The notes below the pieces were generated by a model that ran no database searches, had not been told where the DNA came from, and was given only the letters and a program-made list of their open reading frames with translations. A stretch of DNA of 61,386 nt, filler included. It is 15 parts of 15 records of this genome, joined end to end, with 100 filler letters (N's around TTAATTAATTAA, not from the genome) between each part and the next. Parts side by side here need not be neighbours in the genome. Positions count along the whole stretch, not along the records: positions 57,888 to 61,386 come from SRR15195285_13613; 14 more parts are not named here. One strand, written 5' to 3'. The position numbers were made by a program, and so were the translations under genes. Every line of letters begins with the position of its first letter. Position 1 is the first letter of the stretch. Below are positions 59,294 to 61,386 of the stretch, piece by piece.

Positions 59294-59414
59294 CTTGACA
59301 TGCCATTAGCTCGCTGATGTCGAGCGTCTATCATGGTGTGATGCACAGTCATCAAGATCTGGCGGCGCATGTGGTGTACTCCATGAATGCACCAGCTGCT
59401 GCCATGCGCGCGCA

Positions 59415-61285
59415 TCAGCCGCTCCCGCGTCCTGCTCCAGCGACGTAACCTTTTGGAGCTTGGCCAAAATCAGTCTTTTGACCCATCTGATTAGCAAACT
59501 CTTGGCGCTTCTGTATGGTTGCTGTGTCAGCTGCATCTGTTGAAACTCCCTGAAGCATACACGCATACGCGCAGGATTACTGGTGAGCATAACGTAGAGT
59601 GGAATCGTCCGCAATCCCACGGGACGCACCATTGCGCGCGCCATCTCTTTCTGCGCCGTAACCGCTGCAGATTCGGCTGGTCCTGCCCCTGCGTACCCCT
59701 GTGCCCCAAAGCACATCATTTCAGCCTCACACTTGCTGAGCAAACCAGCATCTTGATACCACAAAGATTCTTTTTTGAAACCAAGCCACGATTTCGATGC
59801 AACATACTTCTTCTGCAGCTAATTCATCTTCCACTGTGCACAAACAGTTCGCGTCACAACATTATCATTTTTAACACCAATTTTGTCCGGAAACGAAACC
59901 AATGATTTGACAGATGCGTGCGCAAGCGAATTTCACGTGACTTGCCTGGCTCTCCACCTGTGCCTTTTTGGGCGTTGCGCTGACCCTGTACGTCAATAGG
60001 AACAACGCCACAAATGGCCACATAAACAGGTAATCGTGAACCAGGGAGACACAGCTCTAACCCGCGAGGCTACAGAGAGCTGTGACGTATACAGCAGGGA
60101 GCGCGTTCTGCTAGTCGCACCATAATCATACCCGCTGCCTTTTCTCGACCAGTGGACCAGTCGCCCTCCGGTGCATCTGAGTAGGACGATGGGTCCATTG
60201 GGTCGACTTCACGCTGGCGTTTGACACCGCCGCTACCACCCTGGCTGCTACCATTCACGAGTGGGTCCGGGACAGAGTCTTCTTCCAAATCTAGAGGGTC
60301 GCGCCCTCTTCCACGTCCCCTGCCACGTCCACGTCCGCGTCCACGCCAAGCATCACCTGATCTTCCACCTCCGCGACCAGCGTCTGCGGACTTGGACCGC
60401 TTTGCTTTTCCTTGGCCTGCGAGCGGCCCTGTCCCTGGCTTATGTTCGTTCAGCTGCCGCACTGTCAACGGGGCACACGTTGCAACACCCCTGCAACAAC
60501 GAATTCACAATAGTTCCTCATTTGATTGAATGCTTGCATCGAGGGCAGGAGATTATTGGGCGCACCACTGTGGCTCTGGTGGCGGGGCAGACCCAAAAGC
60601 AATTTCACCACAGTTCTCAATGTAGGCAAGGTTCAACACGGCCCCCTCAGGAGTGCCAAGTGCCTCCACCTGTTTGATGATCTCCATGCCTTGTGTTACA
60701 GCGCCAAAGACTACGTGCTTACCGTCCAGCCATTCTGCTGGAGCAACCTATCTCCAGCAACGTCAACAGCACAACCCAGCACCTCAGCAGCCTTTACAGA
60801 ATGTGCCGAGATGCATTAACACGCACCGTAATGAAGAATTGCGACTTGTTTGTGCCCGGCCCTGAGTTTGCCATGGACAGTAGCCCTGTTGCAGTGAACA
60901 CTGTGTCAGTCGCTCGCGACACTGACCAGAGGACTTGGAGCAAGTCTCACCAGGGCGATCGTGGTCGCGGACGAAGCTCTCATCTGGGAATGGCCCACCA
61001 CCATTGTAGATCGACTCCCCACCGGTGCCTGAAACACACTTAAGTCCCTAAACATATTGTGCTCAGACAAAGATCAAGAAAAGAGGCGCGAGTGAGATTT
61101 TCTCACCGTTGCACGCGGTGAAGTCACCACCTTGCAACATGAAACCTGGAACGATTCGGTGGAAGATTGAACCACGGTACCAGAGCTGACGGCCAGTGCG
61201 CCCCATCCCACGCTCGCCCGTGCAAAGTGCGCGAAAGTTTTCAACTGTCTGAGGCACAATGGACTTGAAGAGTTCAAACATAACT
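59415..61285 (-). CDS. Cyclophilin-type PPIase fused to an RG-rich, PQBP1-like C-terminal region; 5'-partial, multi-exon
   Basis: Cyclophilin exons [57 protein letters not shown] and [16 protein letters not shown] phase-2 gtgcgc..gcag intron (~60491-60565) links in frame to RGRGRG and [19 protein letters not shown]. Distal exons are tentative. Confidence 0.85.
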
Positions 61286-61347
61286 CTACAGTTCCATAAT
61301 TGCATTGATGGAAATCAGAATCAGGCACGCGCAACAAGAATCAGTCA

Positions 61348-61386
61348 TCTGTCTGTCCGTCTGTCTGTGTGTGTGTGTGTGTGTGT
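61348..61386. repeat. (TCTG)n/(GT)n microsatellite at window end (intronic)
   Basis: tctgtctgtccgtctgtctgtgtgtgtgtgtgtgtgtgt. Confidence 0.9.

Noticed and set aside
59306-59764. 152-aa minus-strand ORF as a separate gene, or as a PQBP1 YxxPxxVL equivalent ([11 protein letters not shown])
   Set aside because: It spans a clear gtgcgt..cag intron. The phase-0 spliced frame gives a more convincing motif, and the YxxPxxVL match is weak. Not fully excluded without RNA data.

Overview
This is not one continuous locus. It is 15 short (about 3-6.4 kb) GC-rich eukaryotic contigs joined by 14 artificial 100-nt linkers (N44-TTAATTAATTAA-N44), so gene adjacency across linkers is meaningless. Short spliceosomal introns (mostly GTGCG..AG), a mitochondrial HSP70, cilium-type proteins and many secreted carbohydrate-active proteins point to a unicellular flagellate genome. 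A marine heterotrophic picoeukaryote such as Picozoa is only a low-confidence guess. Genes: PP2A B56 subunit, mtHSP70, cbEGF protein, TSNAXIP1-like EF-hand protein, SH3/C2 protein, two PhyH dioxygenases with PTS1-type ends, a 4-domain Cav-type channel, an EF-hand KCNH/CNG-like K+ channel, GH32, GH78, pectin acetylesterase, an unclassified ricin-bearing secreted protein, a dockerin-LamG protein, SAM-AI-2E and MFS transporters, HisN/IMPL2, an ER ankyrin protein and a cyclophilin fusion. Main signals: (1) a dispersed palindromic DNA element, core GGGCATAAGGCCTTATGCCC, on three separate contigs; (2) a cyclophilin spliced to PQBP1-like and PRP6-N-terminus-like motifs; (3) repeated nested domain insertions (C2 in SH3, SUEL x2 in GH78, ricin in an unknown enzyme, EF-hands in a Cav linker); (4) a bacterial-type dockerin in a secreted eukaryotic protein; (5) tandem ART-like domains; (6) introns flanked by direct repeats. 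All family calls come from motif recognition by eye, not database searches.
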